A stretch of DNA of 64,000 nt from Albugo candida. Taxonomy: Eukaryota. The notes under the pieces are model-generated. The model was not told the DNA's origin. It searched no databases and worked only from the letters and a program-made list of their open reading frames with translations. The stretch lies in NCBI GenBank assembly GCA_040437565.1, contig JBDOQK010000004.1, positions 620,001-684,000 on the forward strand, given 5' to 3'. A program made the translations under genes and the position numbers. Shown in pieces: positions 36,892 through 48,202 of the stretch (the stretch's first letter is position 1; each line of letters opens with the position of its first letter).

Positions 36892-39800
36892 ATGCACATT
36901 GAATCAAGTTCTGATTCTCTTTCAGACTCAAACGATGTTTATCCTATTCGACCCAAACAAAAATCTGCAAGCACACGGCCGCACACAGTCAACGGGAAGG
37001 CGGAGGACAAGCAAGCATGCTTACTCAAATTAGACGCACTAAAAGAACTTCTAGGATCTTCTGGAGGTCAGAAGCCCAAAATATCACGGCGACAACTTCG
37101 AGAGAAATTTTGCAAGTATGATAAGCAAGCTACGGGAATCATGACAAAAGACAATTTCAAAAAGTGTCTTGATAAGACTGGGATGCATATGCTGAAAGAG
37201 ACTTCCTTTAATGATATAATTGACTGCTTCGCTGATGTCTCCAGCACTACGGTCGACTACAACTTGTTTTTGGAGTGTATTTGTAATGTTCGAGTGTCCG
37301 AAAACATGAGCTCGATCGCTGAGAACTTACGTTACAGGATACTACGTTCAAATGGGAAAGCAAGTGCTACGTCTAAAGTAAAATGTAATCTTTTTAAAGA
37401 GCTGTTAAAACTGGACAAACTAAAACGAGGATGGATCACAGATGAGCAGTTTGAAGAGTACCTAGAGAAGGATGATCGAAGATCAGGCGTACGCTTCCAT
37501 TTGGAACAAAATGAAATCGACTGGCTACTGGAGCGCTTTTCTTTCCAATTTGGTCGGCATCAGCATGGTATTGACTACCAACTATTCGCTTCTTGGATTC
37601 AACCAAGCCAGCATTTTGATATGGATCGCTTGCGTGATACATTCCAAAAGCTATTACGCGTGGGGATCGCGAAGCGTGGATGGGATATTGAATATATGCT
37701 GGAGGCTCTCGATACAAATCATTGTCGTTACATAAGTGAAAACGATTTAAGAAGACTGATTCAAGATCTCGGTTTGCCCCTCAGTGAAGCACAAATACAA
37801 TACCTCATCGAGATTTACGATAAGAACCACGACGGGAAGATAATCTACAAGAATTTATTGACTGGATTGGGTGATAAAAGAACTCCAGACAGCCCAAGAA
37901 AGAAGTCCCAAGTTGATCCGGGTCAGGGCAGTGCAAATACCTCTGCAAATAATCAAAATACCATACTACGTAATCTTAGCTCGCGCTTTCGAATAGGAGG
38001 TTCCGATCGAAAGGAAGGTCCTTCACATGGAAAAATAAGTATTGTGGGCAAGACTGTGGAAAAAAGTATTGGAGCTACAGAATCGAAGCACAGGGAAAAT
38101 AAATATTACAATAAACCAAAATTCTTTGGAAAAACTACATCAATCAAAAGCAAAAAAAGAAACCAGAGCACATCATCTGAACAAAGTGAACAAGAGGAAT
38201 CCAAGGCGAAGGTAGGCTTAAGCAGCCGCAGAGGTGCACCGCAAAACTCACGGCGACCAAAAAGCGCTACATCATCCGATTCAAGTGAACATCCAGTAGT
38301 TTCAAGGAGGATTGCGAATTCAACGGATTCCTCTTCAGCCGAAACCTCTAGTGATCATAAAATATCAAAATCCGCCCGTATTGACCAACGTCGTATGAAG
38401 GATACGTCTTCGGGTCGTGTAAATATAAAAGAACGAGAGGATAGGAGAGCACTGGGGGAGAAGAGAAACGAACAAAGTAAGCAACGCATCAAAGCAGATA
38501 GGTGGACGCATACGAAGAATGTACCAGAAAAAAGAAAAACGAAATTCGGGAAAAGCATTCCAACAGCTGAAATCAAGGCCAAAGATACAAACTCTGCTGT
38601 GCAGAAAGAGAAGTCTAAACGTAAAATGAAATCGTCTGCGAAATGTGTCCATACATACGACAAATTAACAAAGCCTTTGAAGCAAATCTTGCGTCGTGCT
38701 TTCGAATTTTTCGACATCGATCGGAGTGGTGCAATTGAAGTACAAGAGCTGGAGATTGTTCTGCAAGCTTTAGGGTATGAGGTCAACTCGTTTGATGTAG
38801 CTAGCGAAATGAGACATACTGACTTGGACTATAATGGTCGACTCGATTTTCAGGAGTTTTGTGCTTTCATCAAGCGCATCATGCAACAAAAACAATTCCT
38901 TATGACTAGTTTGAGAGAACACGAGATACGTAAAGCTTTACAAAGCTTGGATCGAGATAATAATGGATATTTGGATCGCAAAGAATTCGTCTACATGACA
39001 GATCAAATTCTGCAAGTTCAGCTCACTCCAACGCAGCAAACGTCGCTGTTTGACTTCATAGATGTTAATGGGGACGGAATGATCCAAGAGGAAGAATTCA
39101 TCAGTTTTCTGAAATTATACCATCAGCTCCAAGTCAATCGACTGACATCAAATCTCAAAATGCCAAAATTTCCTCCTACAATCACGGATGCGATCAAGAA
39201 ATTGATACACGGATCCCCAGTTGATGTGGATGGCAATCTGCTGATGCTTCTTGGAATTCCGTCAAACTTTCGTCGGGCAGTGTCATCCTTCGTGAGTAGT
39301 GGAAAATTGGAGCAGAATTCTATGGAATATGTTCTGTCCTTCCCAGCACCTCAAGTAGTGACGAGCTTGTCTCAACTAACCACAACAAGCACTTGTAATC
39401 ATTCACGACCACCAAGTTACAATCCCATCGAAACTGCAACTGACTTGGCTNNNNNNNNNNNNNNNNNNNNNNNNNNNNNNNNNNNNNNNNNNNNNNNNNN
39501 NNNNNNNNNNNNNNNNNNNNNNNNNNNNNNNNNNNNNNNNNNNNNNNNNNAAATTTCCTCCTACAATCACGGATGCGATCAAGAAATTGATACACGGATC
39601 CCCAGTTGATGTGGATGGCAATCTGCTGATGCTTCTTGGAATTCCGTCAAACTTTCGTCGGGCAGTGTCATCCTTCGTGAGTAGTGGAAAATTGGAGCAG
39701 AATTCTATGGAATATGTTCTGTCCTTCCCAGCACCTCAAGTAGTGACGAGCTTGTCTCAACTAACCACAACAAGCACTTGTAATCATTCACGACCACCAA

Positions 39801-41305
39801 GTTACAATCCCATCGAAACTGCAACTGACTTGGCTGCGAGGGTGTATAATGATTCAAGCAATACAAAAATTGAAAAGACCATTTTAGCCAAAGCAGAAAA
39901 ATATCAATTTCAGGCCATTCTCTCGCTGAAGCGTGCAACGGGCATTCCAAAACCGTTTGATTCCCGTGAGAGCGATGTGGTCAAACGTTGTGTCAATGTC
40001 TGTATATTTCAAGAATATAAGATTACTCACAGAAACGCTCGCGATCGACGTCACCTTCCGAATACAGGAATTAAGAACTGTTTTCGTGCGGGTCGAATTG
40101 TCGGCAATGTTCTCGAAATTCCAGTCTCGTGGAACCCGAATGAAGAGGATGTCTGGGAATTTTCCAAACGAGCTACGAGTAAACACGACTACAAATTCCT
40201 GGCTCGGACCAACTTGGTCAGTGATGAATTATTTCTCCTGATTGAATTTATCGTACATTTGAAAGTCTCTGATGTCAAGGATAACTCACATAGCCTAGAC
40301 AAAGACTTGCGCAATGTTAAAAGCAAGCGGAATGATTCTGGCGAGCGTTCCTCTTCAAGCCGTGGATTAGTCGAGATGGTATGCTGCTGGACCAAAATAC
40401 CACTTTACCTCTTGCTTGAAAGACGCACTAGCACATTTCGGACGCGGGAAAAGCTGCTCGGGGGAACCGTGTTTAGTCCTTGCGAGGTTGAAGAGGACGA
40501 AATAATGCGTCGACGTTATGGATGGCGAGCTTTTAGCAATGTGTTCCGAGCTACACGGCCTCCGACACCTATAGTCGGGATAAAGTGCTTACCAATCAAA
40601 AATTTGCCGGAAGAATATCAAAAATGCGTGTACAAAATGCCCCCTCTTTTACTACTACCATACTCAGCTATCTCTATCACGGCGGAATACATGATGTACA
40701 TGAATAGCTTACTGTCAGAGACATCAGTCGCATCGAGTGGTACGACCACAGGCTGTTGATAGATGCTCAATCTCACTAATTTTCGCTCTCATTCAAGTTG
40801 TAGCGTGTGCGCCAGCACTGAAAATTTTACCCCGCATTATCGAAAATAACTTGGCATTATCATCATTCTCTCGAGCTTTTGAGTCTGAAGTAACAGGATA
40901 CGAAGAAGTACAGGTCAGATTAACTTTATTGTCTGTTCTACAATGAGCTTATGTCGATGTGTAGGATCGCCAAAGAAAACTGGAAGATATTTGCTTACGT
41001 TTTTGGCCTTTATTTATGAAGTGTCACGGTGACCTTCCTAAATCCGTATTGAGTGCTCATAGAAGACGATCTTTAGCTAACGTTGAGGAATCACAAATCG
41101 CTTGGAGCTCTGAATCTGGCTTTGATATTAATCAAGTGAAAATGCACCCCCAACTGCTTGAAATGGCAGTACAAGGGTAAGCTTTCTTGAAACAAGTCCA
41201 AATGTCTCACGTACTTTTCCACACAGTACTCTGCAAATGCAAGACACTGATATTACGACAGTTCCATTCCACATCAAAGAAACGGCATTTAAGAGGATGG
41301 TGTAA
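36892..41305 (+). CDS. Multi-EF-hand protein with a C-terminal nephrocystin-1 (NPHP1)-like domain; three short introns near the 3' end; gap with duplicated flank at 39451-39550
   Basis: Canonical EF loops DKNHDGKI, DIDRSGAIEVQE, DLDYNGRLDFQE, DRDNNGYLDRKE and DVNGDGMIQEEE. The C-terminal motifs ILSLKRATGIPKP...VVKRCVNVCIF...GNVLEIPVSW...WEFS...LLIEF...EMVCCWTKIPL...LLGGT...VPFHIKE parallel the NPHP1 C-terminus. Confidence 0.75.
39166..39835. repeat. 285-bp direct overlap flanking the 100-N gap at 39451-39550
   Basis: Same sequence at a 385-nt offset on both sides of the gap. Confidence 0.9.
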
Positions 41306-41584
41306 AGCTTAAAAGTCAGACAGTGTGCTCGGAAGTTTAGATACCATGTAATAAAGACAAAAGATATTTTTAACTACGCCCTCCCAAGGACCATATCCCA
41401 CTCATGTGCATGAAGCACTCGACTGATGTATAACGGAGTCAGGTCTGGTTTCTATAGTATTTTGTCTGGAAAGGAATCAAAGATCAGCGTGTCACCCGTA
41501 CTGATCGCAAATTGAGTTTCATGCTTACTTCTTGAAATTCGTTCACATTCTCAATCATAACAACTCTGCTTAATTGATGATACA

Positions 41585-44500
41585 ATGGACCCAACTTCCA
41601 AGTTGCAAGATGAGTTATCTTCGTCTATTGCGAATCAGCATGCACTCACGGCTTCCCCCGATATAAAGAAAATGCTTAGAAATCGAGGTCCTCTCTTCAA
41701 TCCTGCAAACAAGAACCGAGAAGGAGCTCAAATGTGGAAAACCGTCAGAAAAAATTTACTAAACATCGGTACTGGTGCTGTACGATCGCGTTTGAGACCT
41801 CGCAAAGCTCCAATTTATCGAATCAATCCGGAATCGAAGGAAAAACGCGCGTGGGACGTTTTCGTCTCTATGTGTGCACTATATGCCACCTGTATAGTTC
41901 CCTACCGAATTTGCTTTCATCGTGAGGCATCCGGTGCCTACAGAAATCTCGAAAGCATTATCGATTGGGCTTTTGCGCTCGATATCGTTGCACATTTTAT
42001 CACTGGTATATACCTGCCGAATGGTGAAATATGCTATGATGTTGCCTATATCGCGAAAATATACGTCCGAGGCTGGTTCTTCTTTGATCTCATTTCTACG
42101 ATTCCATTCGAGTATATCGCCAAGTGGGCTGGGTATTCAGGGAACACGCAAGCTTCCGCGTCAACAAAGCTTTTGAGGGGAATAAAAATCTTGCGCTTGT
42201 TCAAACTAGTGCGAGTTAGGAAACTGGATACAATGTTGCAAGATTTCGAAGAAAGCATGCTTGCAAATCAAAGTGTCATATCTATCATCAAAATCGGCCT
42301 CGCGATGCTCTTCATCTCACATTTAGTCGCCTGTTTATGGTTCTATATCGCACGAAGCGATTATTCTTATAAAAATCCCGCCTCTAACTGGATTGATTCG
42401 CTCGAGCAAACCGAAAGCTCGTCCGACCAAGCTGCTTTGCAGTATCTAGTCTCAGTGTACTGGGCAATCATTACTATGTCAACGATTGGTTTTGGAGATG
42501 TAGTAGCTCAAAATGATCTCGAACGACTAATTAATGTTCTGATAATGGCACTGGGAGTATCTCTGTTCGGCTATGTTATTGGAACCATTTCTACTCTTGT
42601 TGCCAACATAAATGTCACAGCAACTTTACATGAAGAGCACTTGACACTAGTGAAAGAATACATCATTAGTAGAGAGTTATCTCCTCGGATCGGCAGGAGA
42701 GTAAGAAATCATTTTGAATATTACTATCAAAATCGGTCCGTTTTTCGGGAAAAGCACCTACTTCAGCGCTTACCGGCGACATTTCGAGACAAATTGGTAC
42801 CTGATTTTCAACATGCTTGAAAATTACAATGGTGAAATGATCGTGCTTTGTAGATTCACCACATCCACTTGAAGACTATTACTTCCATCAAGTATTTAGA
42901 GCTTTGCAATAAGTCTGTCGTAAATGATTGCGTGACATTGATGCAGCCGTTCAATGTCTTGAAGGATGAGTATGTGTATGCTCAGTTTGAAATTGCAGCA
43001 CATGTTTTTTTTCTTCACAAAGGAAAAGTTGCATTGATCAGGACCAATCCTAATGACAAGAATCAGATCAGACTCGGCTCCATCAATTCTGGGGATCATT
43101 TTGGTGAGCTAGAAGTTTATGATGAGCATGTTGGGAATGGTATCCGAATAGGGTCAGCAATCGCTAAAATGTATTGCGAACTTACATTTCTGTCACGTGA
43201 GGCGATCTCTAGAATCAGTAAGCCTGGTCTTCAGATGTCACGCTGATGCCTGAGTGTTGATACTTTAGGTGCGAAATGGCCTGAATTACTGACACATTTT
43301 CGAGCTGCAGCTCAAGCAACCTCGACAAGTTATCGTCAAAAAGCAGAACAAGCTGTTTGGGACACCGATTGGTCAGCGGCCCAACATCATCTGATCGAAG
43401 AAGTCGATCTTTTCTCAACACAAAAGGCGACATCTGTGGCTCGTAGCAAATCCGACGTTAGGAAGGTTTTCCCCGGCAATGATGGGACGACAGTGACATC
43501 GTCGGACATCGAATCTACGGTTTTGGCATGTTCAGCATCGCACAGCACTCGTGGTTCATTATTTAGTTGCAACGAAATGAAATTAAGGTCCACTGATGCG
43601 CGGAGCAAAACAACGTTACGTTGTATGGAATCCAGATACATGAAGGCATGCAAAAGTGGAATCGCATTGCTGATAACGACAATTCTTCGAGCGATAGGTC
43701 GAGTAATCGATGAAGATGGTAGTCGAATAATAGAAGGAAGCGCTACAGCGTCATCAGAAATAGATGAACAAGGTGATAGAAACTCACACAATATATCGTC
43801 AAAGATTCAGACTACAAGGCACACACGGAATAGCATCGCCAATCTCAAGGGCCTCATTGCCACGATTCGAGACTCAACAACACCGGGAGCTAGACTACAT
43901 ACGTTTACAACCGAGAAGATGTTGTTAAAGGGAAGACTTATTCTTCATCCGCAGGAAGGATTTGTAGTGACATGGCAAATCGTCGCAAGCACGGGGATTT
44001 TATATTCGATGATCATTATCCCCTTTCGACTTGGATTCAATTACGATGCCATCGGCTTTTGGTTTTACTTTGAGTTAGCGATTGATGTGTCCTTCATGTT
44101 TGATATTCTGCTCAACTTCCGGACAGCTTATTTCAACGAAGAGCGAATTATGGTTTATAATTCACGAATCATTGCAATTCGATATTTAAAAGGGTGGTTC
44201 ACGCTCGATTTACTTTCGTCAATTCCATTCGATCAAGTCGTCTTGTAAGTCTAGCGCAATGATGCATTCCTTGTGATAATCGGATCTGCATGATATTAGT
44301 TCGTTCAGCACATCGTCAGCACAGGTAGCATTTTTACCGACAAGACTACTTCGTCTGGCTCGAACTACCCGGTTGCTGAAGCTGGTCAGGCTCATTCGAC
44401 TGAGTAGGGCATCCGGAAAACTTCGCGAATTTTTCGAGGTTAGTGAGCTAAATGATCGTTTTCTTCATCAGGTTTCACGCAGAGATTTGTTTCAGGTGAG

Positions 44501-45879
44501 CCCGTCCTTGGAACGACTAGGTAGGCTTCTCTTGGTGATGACGCTATTTTGCCACTGGAACGCGTGCATGTTTCATGGGGTTATGCTGTTGAGTGAGAGT
44601 TCTGGTCTTCACAATTGGTGTGCGGACTATTTTCTGCCAGGTGCTCCGCGCGAAATCGCAACGCATTGTTCCGAAAAAGTCCCGCTTGTAGATCGATACA
44701 TCGCAGCTTTATATTGGGCATTTGAGACTCTCACCACAGTCGGCTATGGAGACATACGGCCTGATACCGGCTCTATCTATGAATTGTGTTTTGTCATTCT
44801 TTCGATTGTTTTGAATGCCGCTGTCTTTGGGTATATACTATCGTCTGTCGTTTCTTTGATAAAAAATCTCGATCCAGGTGATCGAGAACGAAAGTTGGTC
44901 ATGACGGAGATGAAAAACTACCTTCGCGAGGCTGGTGTCAGCGCACGTTTGTGCGACAGTGTCAAAGCAGTACGAAGCAATTCGGTGCAGTGAGGCATGC
45001 GTGCTGATCTCAGGATTATTTTGTAGCATTATCATCACCTCTTGTCCAAGTCATGCTTGTTTCCAGAGCAAAAGGTAAGCTGTGCATGTCAAATACTTGC
45101 TATCCTGAAGAGCATTTTCGTAGCTCTTTGACAAAATGCCTCCCAGTCTTCGCTACGACATAGCCCGGATAGTGGCCGGCGATTCATTGTTTGAGGTTCC
45201 TTTAATTGCACTGATGGAAGATTCATTTAGAGGATTCGTCTCCTATGCTTTGTTTTTTTTCAAGCCTGTATGTCTGCATCAAAACGAGCGAGTCTGTCGC
45301 GCAGGGGAGGCCGGCAGAGAGATGTTTTTTCTTGTTAACGGAGTATGTAAAGCTGTTGAGGCGACTACCAAGCAAGAATGGAAACTCAGTCAAAATGCGG
45401 TCTTTGAGCAGTATTCATTGATGGCTCCAGCTGATGAGAATTATCGGACGCATTTGACCGTCACTGTCGAGTCCGAATCATGCGCTCTTTTCTCCCTATC
45501 CGCTCGTAACTTTCGGTGTGCTCAACCTATTCGAATCTCTTCGTTTGCTTACAATCTAATGGATAGAACTCTGTATGGTGTCTCCCCTGCCGTCAGTATG
45601 TTTTTTCTGAGTCATTTGAGCGCCGTATTGGCCGAGGATGATCGCTACAATCTCACGCAAGCACAGACGAAGCAAATTCATAAAATTTTGAGCATTGGAA
45701 AAACATTTCAGGATGTTGCGAAAAGACAGGAGCTCCGAGCTAGCTTGAGTTCGGTCGGGAAGGTTGCAATCGCAGCTGCAAAGCAAAGCCGACGGCCTTA
45801 TGAATGGTCTCCAGCCATGCTACCACGCCAACTTCATAAAATTCATGCCAGTCACCTACAAAAGCATTCTATTGGCTGA
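41585..45879 (+). CDS. Voltage-gated K+ channel of the CNBD (EAG/HCN-like) family with two tandem 6TM+CNBD repeats, multi-exon
   Basis: Two S4 helices (LLRGIKILRLFKLVRVRK; LLRLARTTRLLKLVRLIRLSR), two selectivity filters (TIGFGD, TVGYGD), two C-linker/CNBD regions; exons joined by frame-consistent GT-AG introns. Confidence 0.85.
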
Positions 45880-45919
45880 TATTCATCATTTATAAGCATT
45901 GGATTGGGTAATATCAAGA

Positions 45920-48094
45920 ATGGCTGCGCTTGCTGCAACATCGTTGAATGGCGTAAGAATATACAATCTTGCATCAGGGAAAACTTTCCCGCAATGGCTT
46001 TCAGAGAAAACGAAACGATCACTCGCCAAAGATGAAGGTATACTTCTCTCTTTCTTTGATGTTGTGTTACTTTCATTGTAATCGTTCATTTTAGAGTACC
46101 GGAATCGAGTTGAATTGTTGCAGGATTTTCATTTTCCGTCGGGAACGCAGCGAATAAAAATGTCGCCAGATCAGAATTTCGTCGTAGCTACAGGAATGTA
46201 CCCACCTAGCGTAAAAGTATACGATGTCCGCGACTTGAGTATGAAATTTGAGCGAAGACTTGACGCCGAAGTAGTTCAGTTTGAGATACTCTCACACGAT
46301 ATTGGGAAACTTTGCTTCCTACAGACGGATCGCACATTGACATTTCACGCTGCTTACGGAAAGCATTACAGTCTCCGAATTCCCACGTTTGGACGCGATA
46401 TGGCGTATCATCGTCAGCATTGTGATTTGTATGTGGCAGCCTCAGGAAGTGAAGTGTACCGTGTAAATCTCGATCAAGGTCAATTTCTGTCACCTTTATC
46501 AGTAGCGAGCTCTGGTGCAAATGTGATTGAACTGAATCCCGTACATCAATTGGTTGGGGTTGGATGTGAAGATGGTGCGGTTGAATGTTGGGATTCTAGG
46601 ATACAAAAGCGTGTGGGAAGACTCGACGTTTTTTCATCCTTGTCAGCGAAGCACTTTGTTTCATCTAATACCACGATGGACTTTCGAGGACAGGTAACTT
46701 CTCTCGCGTATCATGACGATGGTCTGAAATTTGCTGTTGGAACCACTTCGGGACACTGTCTTTTGTATGATTTACGGTCTGCCAAACCATTACTGGTAAA
46801 GTCTCATCAGTACGGACTTGATATTTTGGATGTAGAGTTCCATAATAGTGGTCACAAAGTCATTTCTGCAGACAGTAAAGTCATCAAAGTTTGGGAAGCA
46901 CAAGATGGAGCTCCATTCACAACCATCGAAACACCTGCGGAAATCAAAAGCTTTTGCATCGCTGGAAAAGATCACTCTGGCGTCATCTTGGTCGCTGGGG
47001 AACAAGAACGTGTCATGGCATATTATGTGCCTGATTTGGGAGTTGCCCCCAAGTGGTGCTCGTTTCTGGACTCACTTACAGAGGAATTAGAAGAACAATC
47101 CCAGTCAACAGTGTACGATGATTATCATTTTGTCACACGAGAAAACATACAAAAGCTGGGTCTCGGACATTTAATTGGTACACCTTTGCTGAAAGCTTAC
47201 ATGCATGGATTCTTCATGGATGCACGGCTATACAACAAAGTGAAGGCAATAGCTGAACCATTTGCCTACGAAACATGGCGGAAGCAACAAATCGCGGCGA
47301 AAATGGAAGCAAAACAAGGCAATCGCATCTCCATTCAGTCCAAATTGCCTAAAGTCAATCGGGCAGCCGCAGAGCGGATACTCAATGTAGACGCAAAGCG
47401 GAAAAGCAAGCAGTCTGCACCCGCGACTAGCAACCTTCTCGAAGATGATCGTTTCTCCAATATGTTTGCGAACAAGGATTTTGAAATTGATGAAGAAAAT
47501 GATACGTATAAACTACTCCATCCAACTACTAGCAAAGATAAGCAGAATAAGAGATTACAAGCCGCAGATATCGATAGCGATGTTCGAAGTGATGAAGGTG
47601 ACAGTGATGCTTCAGTCGCTCCAAGTTCCATCGAAGGCAAATGCAGCGATGACTCAACTTCCGAAGAAGACGAGATGTCTGAGCCTGAAGTTTTGCTGGA
47701 AACAAAAAGTCGGCAGACCAAGTCTCAAGACAAAGCCTCATTGAATAAAGCAGGCATGAAATACTCCGAACTTGGCAATCTTGTCGGCAAACAAGACTTG
47801 CTTGCAGTAGGCTCTCGAAAGGATCAACAGCAGCGGATCAACAAAAAGCGCTTAGCTCATCTATCGCTCGCTGAGCGAATGCAGCAGCAGTCAGATCAAG
47901 TGACATCAACATTTACAAGAGACACTTCCCGTGGTGGCGCCTACACTCGAGAGATGAAATTTTTCCCAAGTCGATCCAAGCAAGAACAGGGCAAAAGAGG
48001 GGGCAAAGATTCGGCCGGAAAGGATGAAAATGGTAGGAAACGCCGTGCGGCTCATCCAGCAAAACGTGGGCCTTATCGTCGCCCAGTGCGATGA
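45920..48094 (+). CDS. NOL10: Nucleolar protein 10 / Enp2 (WD40 + NUC153); intron 46038-46094
   Basis: VRIYNLASGKTFPQWL, YRNRVELLQDFHFP, LGVAPKWCSFLDSLTEELEE, VYDDYHF, AYMHGFF, DDRFSNMFANKDFEIDE. Confidence 0.93.
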
Positions 48095-48202
48095 TCGAAG
48101 GACTAAGGTATTTGATTTCGAAATTCGTGATGCTTTTGCAGTGATAAATTGGCTGCTATTTGTACAATTTTGATCTCATTAGCACGTATCACAATAATAT
48201 TT

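Noticed and set aside
43646-43697. Second GC-AG intron candidate in the channel linker
   Set aside because: Splicing it would shift the frame into an immediate stop, whereas the unspliced frame is open.
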